64,000 nt of DNA from contig CAVXWP010000009.1 in NCBI GenBank assembly GCA_963765495.1, positions 576,001 through 640,000 of the forward strand. Reading direction: 5' to 3'. Each line of letters begins with the position of its first letter. Position 1 is the first letter of the stretch. The notes below the pieces were generated by a model. That model was given only the letters and a program-made list of their open reading frames with translations, made no database searches and was not told where the DNA came from. Source of the DNA: Blastocatellia bacterium (GTDB lineage: Bacteria; Acidobacteriota; Blastocatellia; UBA7656). A program made the translations under genes and the position numbers. This document shows positions 39,144 through 48,669 of this stretch, piece after piece.

Positions 39144-40478
39144 TCAGGAATCGGCAATAACGGATTCCGCGACATAGCTACGCACATCGCGCGGCCAAAT
39201 TACCGTAAAGGTGGAGCCGTGACCGGGCGCGCTTGCCACCTTGATCCTGCCGCCCAATAACTCGACAAGCCTCTTGCTTATGGGAAGCCCCAACCCCGTG
39301 CCTCCTGTGTGATGAGGACTTCCTACATTGATCTGTCGGAACTCTTCAAAGATGAGAGGCACCTGTTCCTCCTGCATGCCTATGCCCGTATCGCTGACCT
39401 CGACATACCACATCTGATCGCCGTCGGGACCGGCCTTGAGAGTGACTGTGCCGCCCGCGGGAGTGAACTTGATGGCGTTGGATGAAAGGTTGGTAATGAC
39501 CTGTGTGACTTTGGTTGCGTCGCTCATGACAGAGCGCATGTGGGGCTCGACTTCGTAGGCGAAAATCACGTCCTTGTCTTTTGCGGTCTGGTTCAACCCG
39601 TTGTAGATCGAGTCAATCAACTCGGCGGGTTCGAATGACTCAAGCTTTATCTGCATGCGACCGGCCTGGAGCCGCGAAAGATCGAGCAGATCATTCACGA
39701 GTCTGACAAGCATCGCGGTAGATTTTTCAAGCCGCGCCACGGTATCGTGCTGGCGCGGCGTGAGCGGCTCTGCCCTGTCGCGCAGCAACACCTGCACCAG
39801 ACCGAGAATCGCATTTAGCGGCGTTCTGACTTCGTGCGCGATTGTAGAGATAAACTGTGATTTGATCTCGTCTACCTGTTTGAGTTGCTGGTTGGCCTGA
39901 TGAAGCTCGCGATTTATCTGTTCAAGTTCGTGGCGGCTCTGGGTCAACTCGCCGAGTACACCCACAAGCTCCTGATTTTGAGATTGAAGCTCTTCGACCA
40001 TCCCCGATTCGCTTGCCGAAAAGAACTCCTTGCGAATCTGTTCCAGGTCTTTGAGCTGTCGCTGATCTGGAGCGAACCACTTTATAGCCTGAATGCGCGT
40101 GCCGCGCCCGGGCGCGCTCGCTATATAAAACTCATCCATTAACCGGCGTGAGCCGGTGAGCCCTTTGCCCAGTCCCGTTCGCGATTTAAACTCACCGGCC
40201 ATGATCTTATCGAGATCCTTTATGCCCGGTCCCTGGTCTTCACATACTATCTCTATGCCTTTGCGCCCGACCCTCTCGATCAATGAAACGGTAATGCTCC
40301 CCATGCCCGCATATTCGTAGATGTTTCGCGTCAGTTCCGATATTGCGGTCGTGAGCTTTATCTGCGTAACGTTATCGAATCCGAGTTCGCGGGCCGCAAG
40401 CCTGACGCGGTCGCGCACGCGCACTATGTCTGATTCACGGCGAACGAAAATCGAACCGATCTTTTCACGGCGCGACAT
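39144..40478 (-). CDS. RsbT-like HATPase domain fused to a coiled coil and histidine kinase (stressosome output kinase)
   Basis: N-terminal TAISELTRNI..DQGPG..GLGKGL; AHEVRTPL H-box, NAIKFT, DTGIG, GTGLGL. Confidence 0.85.
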   Translation of the reverse strand: MSRREKIGSIFVRRESDIVRVRDRVRLAARELGFDNVTQIKLTTAISELTRNIYEYAGMGSITVSLIERVGRKGIEIVCEDQGPGIKDLDKIMAGEFKSRTGLGKGLTGSRRLMDEFYIASAPGRGTRIQAIKWFAPDQRQLKDLEQIRKEFFSASESGMVEELQSQNQELVGVLGELTQSRHELEQINRELHQANQQLKQVDEIKSQFISTIAHEVRTPLNAILGLVQVLLRDRAEPLTPRQHDTVARLEKSTAMLVRLVNDLLDLSRLQAGRMQIKLESFEPAELIDSIYNGLNQTAKDKDVIFAYEVEPHMRSVMSDATKVTQVITNLSSNAIKFTPAGGTVTLKAGPDGDQMWYVEVSDTGIGMQEEQVPLIFEEFRQINVGSPHHTGGTGLGLPISKRLVELLGGRIKVASAPGHGSTFTVIWPRDVRSYVAESVIADS

Positions 40479-40507
40479 ATCTGGGGCTGAATCGTGCAAT
40501 TCCGAGG

Positions 40508-41560
40508 TCAAAAGCTTAATCTCCCGCAAAGTATTGTCGCATCATCTTTCGGGCGATTGAAATCGCGCATCACAACCGAGCATATAAGCTGCGGGTGAAG
40601 CCCGAGCAGACCGGGGTAATTCTCAGGGTCCCAGTTTTCCGATATGCCGTCTGTCGTCATCACAATGGTGGCGACTCTTGGCAGTTGCTCTTTGAAAACC
40701 TTGATGCGGTTCAAACGGGAACCGAGCGTGCCGTTGAGCGAGATAAACCTTAAAGGGCGAGGGCCGCCATAGACCCGGAAATCGGTATTGCCTATTCCGG
40801 CATACTCTACGACGCCGGTCGCGCGGTCAATTGCGGCGAGCCCGAGGACCGCGCCACGGGTTTCGCGCAAGGCTTCGTGAGTGGTCTGAATTATAGTCTC
40901 GACCGGTTGCAAAGCCTGTCTGTCAATCACAGCCACGGCCTCTGTGGATGCCTCTTTTGCCCCCGCGCCGTGACCAAGTCCGTCTATGACGGCCAGAATC
41001 TGGCGATCACCTTTTCGGTTGATGATGTAGGAATCGCCGTTATCTTCCGCTCCATCGACCGGGCGGGAAAATGCGCCCCACAGCGATTGCTTTCTGGCGG
41101 AGAGTTCGCCATCGACCGGCAGGTGTTTGCGGATTACTATGACCGTGCCGTGAGTCGTGCGCCCGTATAGCGGGAGGCGGCGGGTCTGGCTCGCGATGGT
41201 AGAGTAAATATAGAACTCATCCATCATGCGCTTTATAGCCCCAAGCCCCGCGCCAAGTGTGCCTGTAGTCGTAAAGCCATCCGAGATTGCGAGCGCCGTA
41301 TCGGGTATTCCAGGCCCCTTATCAGCGTAGATCAATTCAAGCCCCGCATGTTCGAGCCGGGCGGTGGTTTCAGCAACAAAAATCCTGCCCGTACCGCGCG
41401 CGAACTTTACTGCGTTCGAGCCGATCTCTTTCACCGCTATATCTATTTCAGCGATCCTTTGCTCACCGAACTGCATATCTGTGGCGCGCCGCCGGATGAT
41501 CCTCCGGGCGTGACCTATGTGCGCTTCTTCGGTGAGCGGTATTGTCTCGTATTTTTTCAT
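40508..41560 (-). CDS. HATPase + SpoIIE/PP2C phosphatase (RsbX-like)
   Basis: KEIGSNAVK, DKGPG, GTLGAGLG; NGD, IDGLGHG, TTDGI, DDAT. Confidence 0.85.
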   Translation of the reverse strand: MKKYETIPLTEEAHIGHARRIIRRRATDMQFGEQRIAEIDIAVKEIGSNAVKFARGTGRIFVAETTARLEHAGLELIYADKGPGIPDTALAISDGFTTTGTLGAGLGAIKRMMDEFYIYSTIASQTRRLPLYGRTTHGTVIVIRKHLPVDGELSARKQSLWGAFSRPVDGAEDNGDSYIINRKGDRQILAVIDGLGHGAGAKEASTEAVAVIDRQALQPVETIIQTTHEALRETRGAVLGLAAIDRATGVVEYAGIGNTDFRVYGGPRPLRFISLNGTLGSRLNRIKVFKEQLPRVATIVMTTDGISENWDPENYPGLLGLHPQLICSVVMRDFNRPKDDATILCGRLSF

Positions 41561-41565
41561 GAAAT

Positions 41566-41630
41566 TATGAGTTTTGAATTTTGAGTTACAGGAGTTTAAT
41601 TCAAAACTCAAAACTTAAAATTCAAAACTG
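41566..41630. repeat. TTTTGAG heptamer inverted repeat inside the rsb operon
   Basis: GAGTTTTGAATTTTGAGTT ... AATTCAAAACTCAAAACTTAAAATTCAAAA. Confidence 0.8.
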
Positions 41631-41631
41631 A

Positions 41632-42036
41632 TTAAAGCCATTTGGTTATTATCACGGTAGTTCCCTTGCCTGCTTCGGATTCAATCTTGAAATCATCAAC
41701 CAGCCGGCGCGAGCCGGGAAGCCCTTTGCCAAGACCCCGGCTCGTGGTGTAGCCGTCTGTCATCGCCAGATTGATGTCGGATATACCCGGTCCCTGATCG
41801 CTAAAACTCACCTGCAACCCTCGGCGGCTCCCGTCTCTGACCCGGGTTACTTCCACGTGGCCGCGTTCGGCATAGAGCCTTATGTTGCGGGCCAGTTCGC
41901 TTGCAGCCGTCACCAGTCGGACCTGATCCACCTGATTGAATCCCAATCGAATCGCTGCGTCCCGCACGAGTGCGCGGACTCTAACCAGATCGTCATTTGT
42001 TTCTACGGATACTCGGTTAGCTTCCGGCTGCTGCAT
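41632..42036 (-). CDS. rsbT: Stressosome Ser/Thr kinase RsbT
   Basis: TAASELARNI, DQGPGI, TDGYTTSRGLGKGLPGSRRLVD. Confidence 0.9.
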   Translation of the reverse strand: MQQPEANRVSVETNDDLVRVRALVRDAAIRLGFNQVDQVRLVTAASELARNIRLYAERGHVEVTRVRDGSRRGLQVSFSDQGPGISDINLAMTDGYTTSRGLGKGLPGSRRLVDDFKIESEAGKGTTVIITKWL

Positions 42037-42436
42037 GCCCGTCCGTGCCCAGAACGCGTCTTCGTTGCCGCTCTTTTATGCGATCTTTCAGGATTCTGAG
42101 TCCGTCATCAACATCGAGAGCCGTCGAGACCCCCTTCAATTCCAGACCCAGTTCGACAAGCGTGATCGCAACGGCGGGCTGAATGCCTACGACTACCGTC
42201 TCTGCATCCATGATCGAAGCCATCGAGGCGATGTCGGAAAGCATCCGCCCCGTAAACGAGTCAACCATCTCAAGCAGAGAGATGTCTATGAGGACCGCCC
42301 GCGCGTTTGTGGTCTCGATTTGCGAGAGCACCCGTTGCTGTAATTCGACCACGGTCCGGTCGTCGATGTCGGATTGAATCGAGACGAGCAACACGTCGCC
42401 GACTTTAAGGATGGGCACTTTGTACGCGCTCATCAA
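42017..42436 (-). CDS. rsbS: STAS protein RsbS
   Basis: VPILK, DISLLEMVDSF (phospho-Ser), VVVGIQPAVAITLVELG. Confidence 0.9.
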   Translation of the reverse strand: MMSAYKVPILKVGDVLLVSIQSDIDDRTVVELQQRVLSQIETTNARAVLIDISLLEMVDSFTGRMLSDIASMASIMDAETVVVGIQPAVAITLVELGLELKGVSTALDVDDGLRILKDRIKERQRRRVLGTDGHAAAGS

Positions 42437-43355
42437 ACTCTCCTCCCTCTCCGGTATTTTCCTGTTCTCCGACCGCGTTTATCGGCACAACCTTCTGGCG
42501 CGTCAACTCAAAAGCGAGCCGGATGCCGTCAGAGAGTTGATTGCGGGTGATAATGCCAGCCAGGTCTATGCCGAGGTGGACTATAGTTTGAGCTATCGAC
42601 GGGCCTACGCCTGTAATTATGCAGGTCGAGCCGAGAAGGCGGACGGCAGTAACGGTCTTTATCAGATAATTGGCTACCTGAGTGTCGACCGTGGGCACAC
42701 CCGTAATATCGAGAATCGCTACTTCGGCCCGCGAGCGCACTATGCGTTCGAGCAATCGCTCCATCATCAATTGAGTGCGGCGGCTGTCGAGCGTGCCTAT
42801 GAGCGGCAAACAGATTATCCGGTCCCAGATCTGGACGACCGGCGTAGAGAGTTCAAGCATATCCTGTTGCTGTTGACGAATCACACGCTCGCGGTTCTTG
42901 ATGGTTGAAACGAAGATAAATGATCCGAGTTTATCAAGCGCCTTCGACAGTTTGTTTACTTCTTCAAGCAGCAACTCGGGATCGTCGCCATATTCATCGC
43001 GCAGAAAGGGGATGAGCGTCTCTTTGAGGCTGAAGACATAAAAAGCGGTTTCGGAAGGAGAGAATGCCTGAGCCGCGCGCGCCTCTGACAGATCGAGCAG
43101 GAGCCGACGGATGGCGTTGTATTCTTTGCCGCGCATCTCGTCTACGTTGGAGTTTGCAGCCGCCGTGACAAAGGCGCGCAGGAAGGTCTGGGAATCGGCG
43201 CGCAACTCCTCGCCCGATATCAGCGTCTCTCGAAAGTCTGACGAGTTGATGCGGTTCTCGATCCAGGCTTCCTGTATTTCATTCTCCTTTTCGGTGAGTA
43301 CTTTGATGGTTCGCGGGTTTGGCGCGCCACTCGAACTGGCGTTGTCTGATGACAA
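42405..43355 (-). CDS. rsbR: Stressosome sensor RsbR (N-terminal RsbRD_N-like domain + STAS)
   Basis: ELSTPV, PLIGTLDS and DITGVPTVDT phospho-Thr motifs; RBS AAGGAGG before TTG. Confidence 0.9.
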   Translation of the reverse strand: MSSDNASSSGAPNPRTIKVLTEKENEIQEAWIENRINSSDFRETLISGEELRADSQTFLRAFVTAAANSNVDEMRGKEYNAIRRLLLDLSEARAAQAFSPSETAFYVFSLKETLIPFLRDEYGDDPELLLEEVNKLSKALDKLGSFIFVSTIKNRERVIRQQQQDMLELSTPVVQIWDRIICLPLIGTLDSRRTQLMMERLLERIVRSRAEVAILDITGVPTVDTQVANYLIKTVTAVRLLGSTCIITGVGPSIAQTIVHLGIDLAGIITRNQLSDGIRLAFELTRQKVVPINAVGEQENTGEGGEFDERVQSAHP

Positions 43356-43371
43356 GACTCTTATCCTCCTT

Positions 43372-43405
43372 AGCTGTAAAGCATCCTCAGCTGTAAAGCA
43401 TCCTC
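43372..43405. repeat. 17-bp tandem duplication in the rsbR leader
   Basis: AGCTGTAAAGCATCCTC x2. Confidence 0.85.
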
Positions 43406-43663
43406 AGGCGATATATTTAATTACCACGAGAAAAGCGCCCCTGCAATCAGAGTGAAGATGGATGGTTTGCCGGACAGGATGCGGGATGATTATTTTCGGT
43501 ACGACGGATTTTACGATTTGTACCGATACCATCCTCAGCGCCACACCATCATTCTAACAAAGAAATACCCGATCAGGAATGCGAGAGAGCTTTTCCCCGT
43601 AAAATTCGCCGGACAGGTGTCCCGCCTACATCAATCGAGATCGCGCCCGCAGACAGAAAGCTC

Positions 43664-43679
43664 TGGCACGATTCTTGTA
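43664..43679 (+). promoter_or_regulatory. Putative sigma54 -24/-12 promoter of csbD
   Basis: TGGCAC-GATTC-TTGTA versus consensus TGGCAC-N5-TTGCW. Confidence 0.55.
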
Positions 43680-43767
43680 CTTATCAACAGATGGTAGAGA
43701 CGCCGGAACAGGCTCTAGTGGCTGGTTTCGGGTCATCATTTAAGATTCTTACAAGGAGGGTATTTGA

Positions 43768-43980
43768 ATGGGTATGCCAAACAAAGACGAGATGGAAGGA
43801 AAATTCGACCAGGCCAAAGGCTCGGTCAAAGAGAATATCGGTCGCGCTATTGATGACCCTGATATGGTTCAGGAAGGCCAGGCTGACAGAGCCGGAGGCA
43901 ACATTCAAGAAGGCTATGGCAAGACCAAGAGGAAGATAGGCGAGACCATAGAAGACATTGGCGAGGAAGTAAAGCGTTAG
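43768..43980 (+). CDS. CsbD family general stress protein
   Basis: NKDEMEGKFDQAKGSVKE..G...D....EG.ADR..G..QE..G; RBS AAGGAGG. Confidence 0.9.
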   Translation: MGMPNKDEMEGKFDQAKGSVKENIGRAIDDPDMVQEGQADRAGGNIQEGYGKTKRKIGETIEDIGEEVKR

Positions 43981-44018
43981 CTTTGAGGCTTCCTCAACTG
44001 AAATTGATCAATCAAAGG

Positions 44019-44061
44019 AAAAGTGAGGCCGGGCCAGATGATTGCCCGGCCTCACTTTTTT
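44019..44061. terminator. Bidirectional intrinsic terminator
   Basis: AAAAGTGAGGCCGGGC...GCCCGGCCTCACTTTTTT. Confidence 0.85.
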
Positions 44062-44063
44062 CT

Positions 44064-44143
44064 GATCCGTGATCCGTGATCTTCAGACAGGTCGCCTGTC
44101 AAAGACAAGCAGCAAGACTGCTAAATCACGCATCACGCATCAC
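44064..44143. repeat. CGTGAT / ATCACGC heptamer inverted repeat with conserved spacer
   Basis: GATCCGTGATCCGTGAT ... AAATCACGCATCACGCATCAC; spacer related to those at 46441-46516 and 60500-60606. Confidence 0.75.
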
Positions 44144-45048
44144 TATTCGCGCTTCTCTTCGTCCTTCGACGAGCCAAACGCCTGAGAGAAAAATCCTTTC
44201 AAGCTGCGGCCGAGCCCGGCCGGCTGGTCGCCGCTGCGAACGACCAGCACAGGGCACTCGGCGCGATTGACGATCTCGCGTGTGATGTTTCCCATGATGT
44301 AAGTTCTGAGCGTCCCCCGGTCGGGCGAAGAGCCGGTAACGACAAGATCATAATCGCCCCGGCGTATCTCTTTGAATATCTCGCTGATCACAAGCCCGTG
44401 GCGCAGGCGCACTTCGTTATCCACGCCCATTATTTCGAGCACTTCCTTCTCGCGCCGCAGGTTCTGTCCCAGACCCGAGTTTGAATGAAGCAGGAGATTT
44501 ATATCCTCCTCCATCTTTATCAAATCCGAATAGATCGGAGGCGGTTCGGCCATGACGTGAAAGACGGTCATCATGGCCGAGGTCGCCCGCGCTATCTCGC
44601 CCGTGAACTCTACGGCGCGGTCAATATATTTTTCGCCGCCGCTGCAAAGCAGCACCCGCTTGAGTTCCGTGCGGTTTCCTATGACCACAAGCACCGGCGG
44701 AGTCACGGCCTTGATTATCTTGTATGCCTTTGCCGACATCAGAAACGGCCCGCGCGTCCCCTTGCGCACCGCGCCGATCACGACCAGATCATACTCGGTC
44801 CCTTCCGTGCGTTTCACGATTTCCGGCAGAGGCTCGCCGGCCTTGGTTATCAATTCCGCGCTGAGTCCTCTCTGCTTGAGCATCTGTTGGCTTCGTCTGA
44901 GAGAATCGAAAATCTCGTCTTCCTGACCGGGATGTTCCGTGATGCCGAGTATAGTGGTTTCCGCCTGACACGCTTCGGCGATGATTCCGGCGAAGCGCGC
45001 CGCATTTTCTGCCTGACTCGATCCGTCGCTACATATTAATATTTTCAT
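44143..45048 (-). CDS. Universal stress protein (tandem USP domains)
   Basis: MKILICSDGS, YDLVVIG, YDLVVTGS...MGNITREIVNRAECPVLVVR. Confidence 0.9.
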   Translation of the reverse strand: MKILICSDGSSQAENAARFAGIIAEACQAETTILGITEHPGQEDEIFDSLRRSQQMLKQRGLSAELITKAGEPLPEIVKRTEGTEYDLVVIGAVRKGTRGPFLMSAKAYKIIKAVTPPVLVVIGNRTELKRVLLCSGGEKYIDRAVEFTGEIARATSAMMTVFHVMAEPPPIYSDLIKMEEDINLLLHSNSGLGQNLRREKEVLEIMGVDNEVRLRHGLVISEIFKEIRRGDYDLVVTGSSPDRGTLRTYIMGNITREIVNRAECPVLVVRSGDQPAGLGRSLKGFFSQAFGSSKDEEKRE

Positions 45049-45073
45049 CTCGGATTGTTCGCCCCGTTTCCCA

Positions 45074-46018
45074 TTACTTCAAATGATGTCCCGTCAGCAG
45101 GCTGTAGAGCAGTACGGCTGCGCCGATGAGCGGCAACGGCACAAAGGCCAGCCTTATCTTCGGCCCGGCAAAATACTGCGTGGATGAGGCCCCTATCTGT
45201 GCGCCAATGGCCGCTCCCGTTTGCATGACGAGCGCTATCAACACGTCTACGTTCCCTTTGATCGCATGAGTGAATGTGCCGTAACTCGCCGATATTACAA
45301 TCTCGAAGAGGTCGGTCCCGACCGCGATGTGCGTGGGAATGCCCAGCAAATATACCATCGAAGGCATACGGATGTAACCCGCCCCTCCGCCCAGGAAGCC
45401 GCTGAACACACCGCCGACATAGGACACGATCAGGATTACCCATACCGAAATTCGTTCGATGCCCGAGGCGGGAAGGCTTATCATCGGGGGGAGATTTATT
45501 TTATGAATCCTGCTTGCAATATGGCCGAACGCCGATTCGTCTTCACCGGGTTCGAGCTTTTTGAGGTAGATGCCGGATCGCTCGGCTTCGGCTTCGCGCT
45601 CGCGTTGCATCTTGATGGTCTGCCAGCTTTCCCATCCGACAAAGGCCGAAATCAGGATGAGAACGATGATAAAGGCTATACCCACGATAAAATCAATATC
45701 GGCCGTGCGTTTGAGATACTCTATCCCCTGCGCGCCGGTCTCGACCCCGGCCACGGTGCCCAGGACCATGAACATGCCCAGTTTGAGGTCTACATTGCCA
45801 AGAGCGCGATGCTTCTTTGCGGCCACGATAGATTTGCCGACGATGTGCGCCAGATCGGTCCCAACCACGAAATTCATTGGAACGCCCACGGCAAACAGCG
45901 CCGGTCCAGCCAGAAAGCTTCCCCCGACCCCGAAAAACCCTCCCAACAGACCGATCAGAAAACCGATCACTATAAGGTAGGCAGGGTTGATATGCTGGCC
46001 GGAAATCAGGAAATCCAT
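45074..46018 (-). CDS. TauE/SafE family sulfite exporter
   Basis: GFFGVGG and GFLGGGAG repeats, AVGTDL. Confidence 0.88.
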   Translation of the reverse strand: MDFLISGQHINPAYLIVIGFLIGLLGGFFGVGGSFLAGPALFAVGVPMNFVVGTDLAHIVGKSIVAAKKHRALGNVDLKLGMFMVLGTVAGVETGAQGIEYLKRTADIDFIVGIAFIIVLILISAFVGWESWQTIKMQREREAEAERSGIYLKKLEPGEDESAFGHIASRIHKINLPPMISLPASGIERISVWVILIVSYVGGVFSGFLGGGAGYIRMPSMVYLLGIPTHIAVGTDLFEIVISASYGTFTHAIKGNVDVLIALVMQTGAAIGAQIGASSTQYFAGPKIRLAFVPLPLIGAAVLLYSLLTGHHLK

Positions 46019-46028
46019 TTGCGCTCCA

Positions 46029-46271
46029 TTATTCGGTCCTTGATCTGATCAGCTTCAACAAGAGAGTAGTCACCATCTCAAGCACCACCGCCTGACCTAT
46101 AATCAGCGCCAGCGCCGCGACGGCATACTCCCGCTTGCTATTTTCGAAGAGATGCTTCAGCCAGCCCACGAGAAAATAGAGCACGAAATAGACATACAGG
46201 CTTACCAGCAGCGAATAAACCGCCAGTTCGATAAGAAAAGACCTGAATGGATGGGAAGGTTTCTTGCCCAC
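46029..46271 (-). CDS. Small two-TM hypothetical protein
   Basis: 80 aa, two hydrophobic helices, co-oriented 10 bp upstream of the TauE gene. Confidence 0.6.
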   Translation of the reverse strand: MGKKPSHPFRSFLIELAVYSLLVSLYVYFVLYFLVGWLKHLFENSKREYAVAALALIIGQAVVLEMVTTLLLKLIRSRTE

Positions 46272-46409
46272 AGTTCACCGATGTCCTCTTCGACTCTCTT
46301 CGCAATATTTCGATTGTTCCAGCGCCTGCTACAGACGCCCCGATTTGCCGGTTAGGCACAGATCATACAACAAAGCATATGGAATTGGCACGAGTGAATC
46401 CAAAAACTG

Positions 46410-46516
46410 ATACGTGGTGCGCGTTGCGTGAAGAGTGATGCGTGATCCGTGATTTACCAGACTTGCAGTCTGTCTTTAACAAGGGATTGCCTGAAAGTCA
46501 CGCATCACGCATCACC
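46410..46516. repeat. GCGTGAT heptamer inverted repeat
   Basis: GTGATGCGTGATCCGTGATTTACCAGACTTGCAGTCTGTCTTTAACAAG...TCACGCATCACGCATCAC. Confidence 0.75.
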
Positions 46517-46523
46517 TACCTGT

Positions 46524-48443
46524 CTACCTGAGGTCGTCTACATTATTTTGAGAAGGCACTTTCTCGACCTGCGGCGGGTCTTTCTTTTTTGGCTGATTCG
46601 AATTTACGGGTTTGTCGCCGCCCTTTACGGGGTCCATAACAGGAGGCTGGCTGCGCCGATTTGTATTGGCATTCTCTTGATTCTTCTTGTCAGCCTTATC
46701 CGCATCCTCGCTCTTGGTTCCTTCCTCATCGGTCGCTTCGGCATCCGAATCGGCCTTGTCAGACGTTTCTACATTCGCATTGGCCGGAGGCGGCGATACG
46801 GTCGAACTCGAAATTGGAGGAGAACTCGAAGAATTACTCGTCCCCTGCGCCTCGACTGCCGCGCGCGCCTGATTGGAAATGTCCTCGGCTCTCTCCTGAT
46901 ACCGCTCGGCTTTCGCTATGACCTGAGGGTCGTTATTGCCTACCTCTTGATACGCTCGCAATTCGCCCTGCCACTGCGCGAGTTGAGGCAGGTAATTGCG
47001 CAAAGAGTTATCTCTTGGCAGCGAGTCAACCCGCGCCATGGCATCCGTTATAGCCTGTTGCGCGTCGATTATAGGATCGCCCGATGAGCGAGGGCCAAAT
47101 AGCCGATCTCCAAACATTATGTAGACCGCTGCGCCCCCCACAAGCACCACGAGGGCTACGACGGCGATTATCCAGCCCGAACTGCTGCCCTGTCTGTACT
47201 CGCGTCGAGAGACATAAGAGACGCCTCGCGCAGGCGTGGCATAAGGCACGGTATTGGCTTCCTCTATCAACCCGCCGCTTTGATTTGAAAGCTGAGAGGC
47301 TGTGTCTGGCGGATTGATGTATCGAGTTTCAAGACGCTGATTTGCTGCCGGAACGGGGGTGACAATTGCGGACGTCTCTGACCGTTTGCGCACAATCGTC
47401 GCCTCGCCGTCGAGGTCGTCTTCCTCTGCCTGCTCGGACAAAGGCTTCTCTGCGCCAATCGGAACGCTTATGCGGGAGTAGGCGTTGCCGCGCTCTGCGC
47501 GCGCAGGCTGCCCAAGCCCTGCCGAGGCATCGAATTCCTGAGACAGTTCGCCCGCGCTCTGCGGACGTCGGGCCGGGTCTTTGTCTAGAGCCTTCATCAC
47601 TACTGCTTCGATTTCGGCGGGCAGATTAGGATTTCTCTCTCTCAGGGGCGGAGGCGGCTCTGAGGCGTGAGCCATCAGGAGCCGGGTCGAAGAGTTTCCG
47701 TCAAAGGGCGCTTCGCCCGACAGCATTTCGTAGAGGACTACGCCGAGAGAGTATATATCGCTGCGGGCGTCCACGGGTCTCTCATCGCACTGCTCGGGGG
47801 ACATATAACGCGGCGTGCCGACGATGAAGTGAGCGCCCGTGAGCGCGCCGCGACGGTTCAGGTCTTCCTGTATCTTGGCTACGCCAAAATCGACAAGCTT
47901 GACCCATTCGTTTCCGTCGTATTCGGTCACGAGTATGTTATCGGGTTTGATGTCGCGGTGGACCACGCCTTCGGCGTGCGCGGCATCGAGCGCGCTTGAT
48001 GCCTGGCGGAGAATATTTGAGGCTCGCTCTATTGAAAAGGCCCCGTCTTTGCGGAGCATTTCGCCAAGCGTCTGACCGTTTATAAGCTCCATCACTATGA
48101 ATGGGGTGCCGTCTTCAATACCATAATCGGTTACGTTGATGGCGTGTGGATGATGAATGCGACTGGCGGCGCGCGCCTCCTGCTCGAACCGCTCGGCGAT
48201 CTTGGGATCGACCGCAAGCTCCGGCCTCAGAACCTTCACGGCTACCCGCTTGTCCATAGCAATGTGACGCCCGCTGTAAACATCGCACATACCGCCTGAG
48301 CCGAGGTGCTCTTCAAGCAGGTATTTATCGGCGAAAGTAGCGCCGACCAGCCTGCCGCTTGTGCCTAAGAGTTGCCTGCCGCATTCCGCACAGTGTTCGT
48401 CCGCTTCTGGAACGGTCGAACCACATCCCGTACAAGTTTTCAT
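46524..48443 (-). CDS. Hanks-type Ser/Thr kinase with N-terminal zinc ribbon, TM and extracellular tail
   Basis: CTGC...CAEC; GSGGMC, VAVK, HRDIKPDN, DFG, YMSPE. Confidence 0.92.
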   Translation of the reverse strand: MKTCTGCGSTVPEADEHCAECGRQLLGTSGRLVGATFADKYLLEEHLGSGGMCDVYSGRHIAMDKRVAVKVLRPELAVDPKIAERFEQEARAASRIHHPHAINVTDYGIEDGTPFIVMELINGQTLGEMLRKDGAFSIERASNILRQASSALDAAHAEGVVHRDIKPDNILVTEYDGNEWVKLVDFGVAKIQEDLNRRGALTGAHFIVGTPRYMSPEQCDERPVDARSDIYSLGVVLYEMLSGEAPFDGNSSTRLLMAHASEPPPPLRERNPNLPAEIEAVVMKALDKDPARRPQSAGELSQEFDASAGLGQPARAERGNAYSRISVPIGAEKPLSEQAEEDDLDGEATIVRKRSETSAIVTPVPAANQRLETRYINPPDTASQLSNQSGGLIEEANTVPYATPARGVSYVSRREYRQGSSSGWIIAVVALVVLVGGAAVYIMFGDRLFGPRSSGDPIIDAQQAITDAMARVDSLPRDNSLRNYLPQLAQWQGELRAYQEVGNNDPQVIAKAERYQERAEDISNQARAAVEAQGTSNSSSSPPISSSTVSPPPANANVETSDKADSDAEATDEEGTKSEDADKADKKNQENANTNRRSQPPVMDPVKGGDKPVNSNQPKKKDPPQVEKVPSQNNVDDLR

Positions 48444-48669
48444 TTCATCCACCTTTAAGAAACAGATGGCTGTAGGCAGCAGGCAGCAGGCAGTTAATAG
48501 TTCTGGAATCACCAAAACCATAACAGCCTGCCGTCTGAATCTCTCTCGTCGCTAACTCCATTGACTTATGCCTTCAGCCTTTTGCTCTCGTATCATTTTA
48601 CCTTCTGCATATTCTGTCACCGCATTTATTTGCATATTCCGTACCGCTTGCTGCCTACTGCATACTGTA

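Noticed and set aside
41561-41611. N-terminal extensions in the ORF track (41611, 48521, 29962, 55049, 19639)
   Set aside because: They run through repeats or overlap neighbouring genes; downstream starts fit the domain boundaries better
44170-44225. GLGRSLK near the USP C-terminus as an encapsulin cargo-loading peptide
   Set aside because: Only loosely like L(G/T)(I/V)GSL, 22 kb from the shell gene, and USPs are not known cargo
46386-46401. Third TGGCAC sigma54 site
   Set aside because: No TTGC -12 element at the right spacing and no + strand gene downstream
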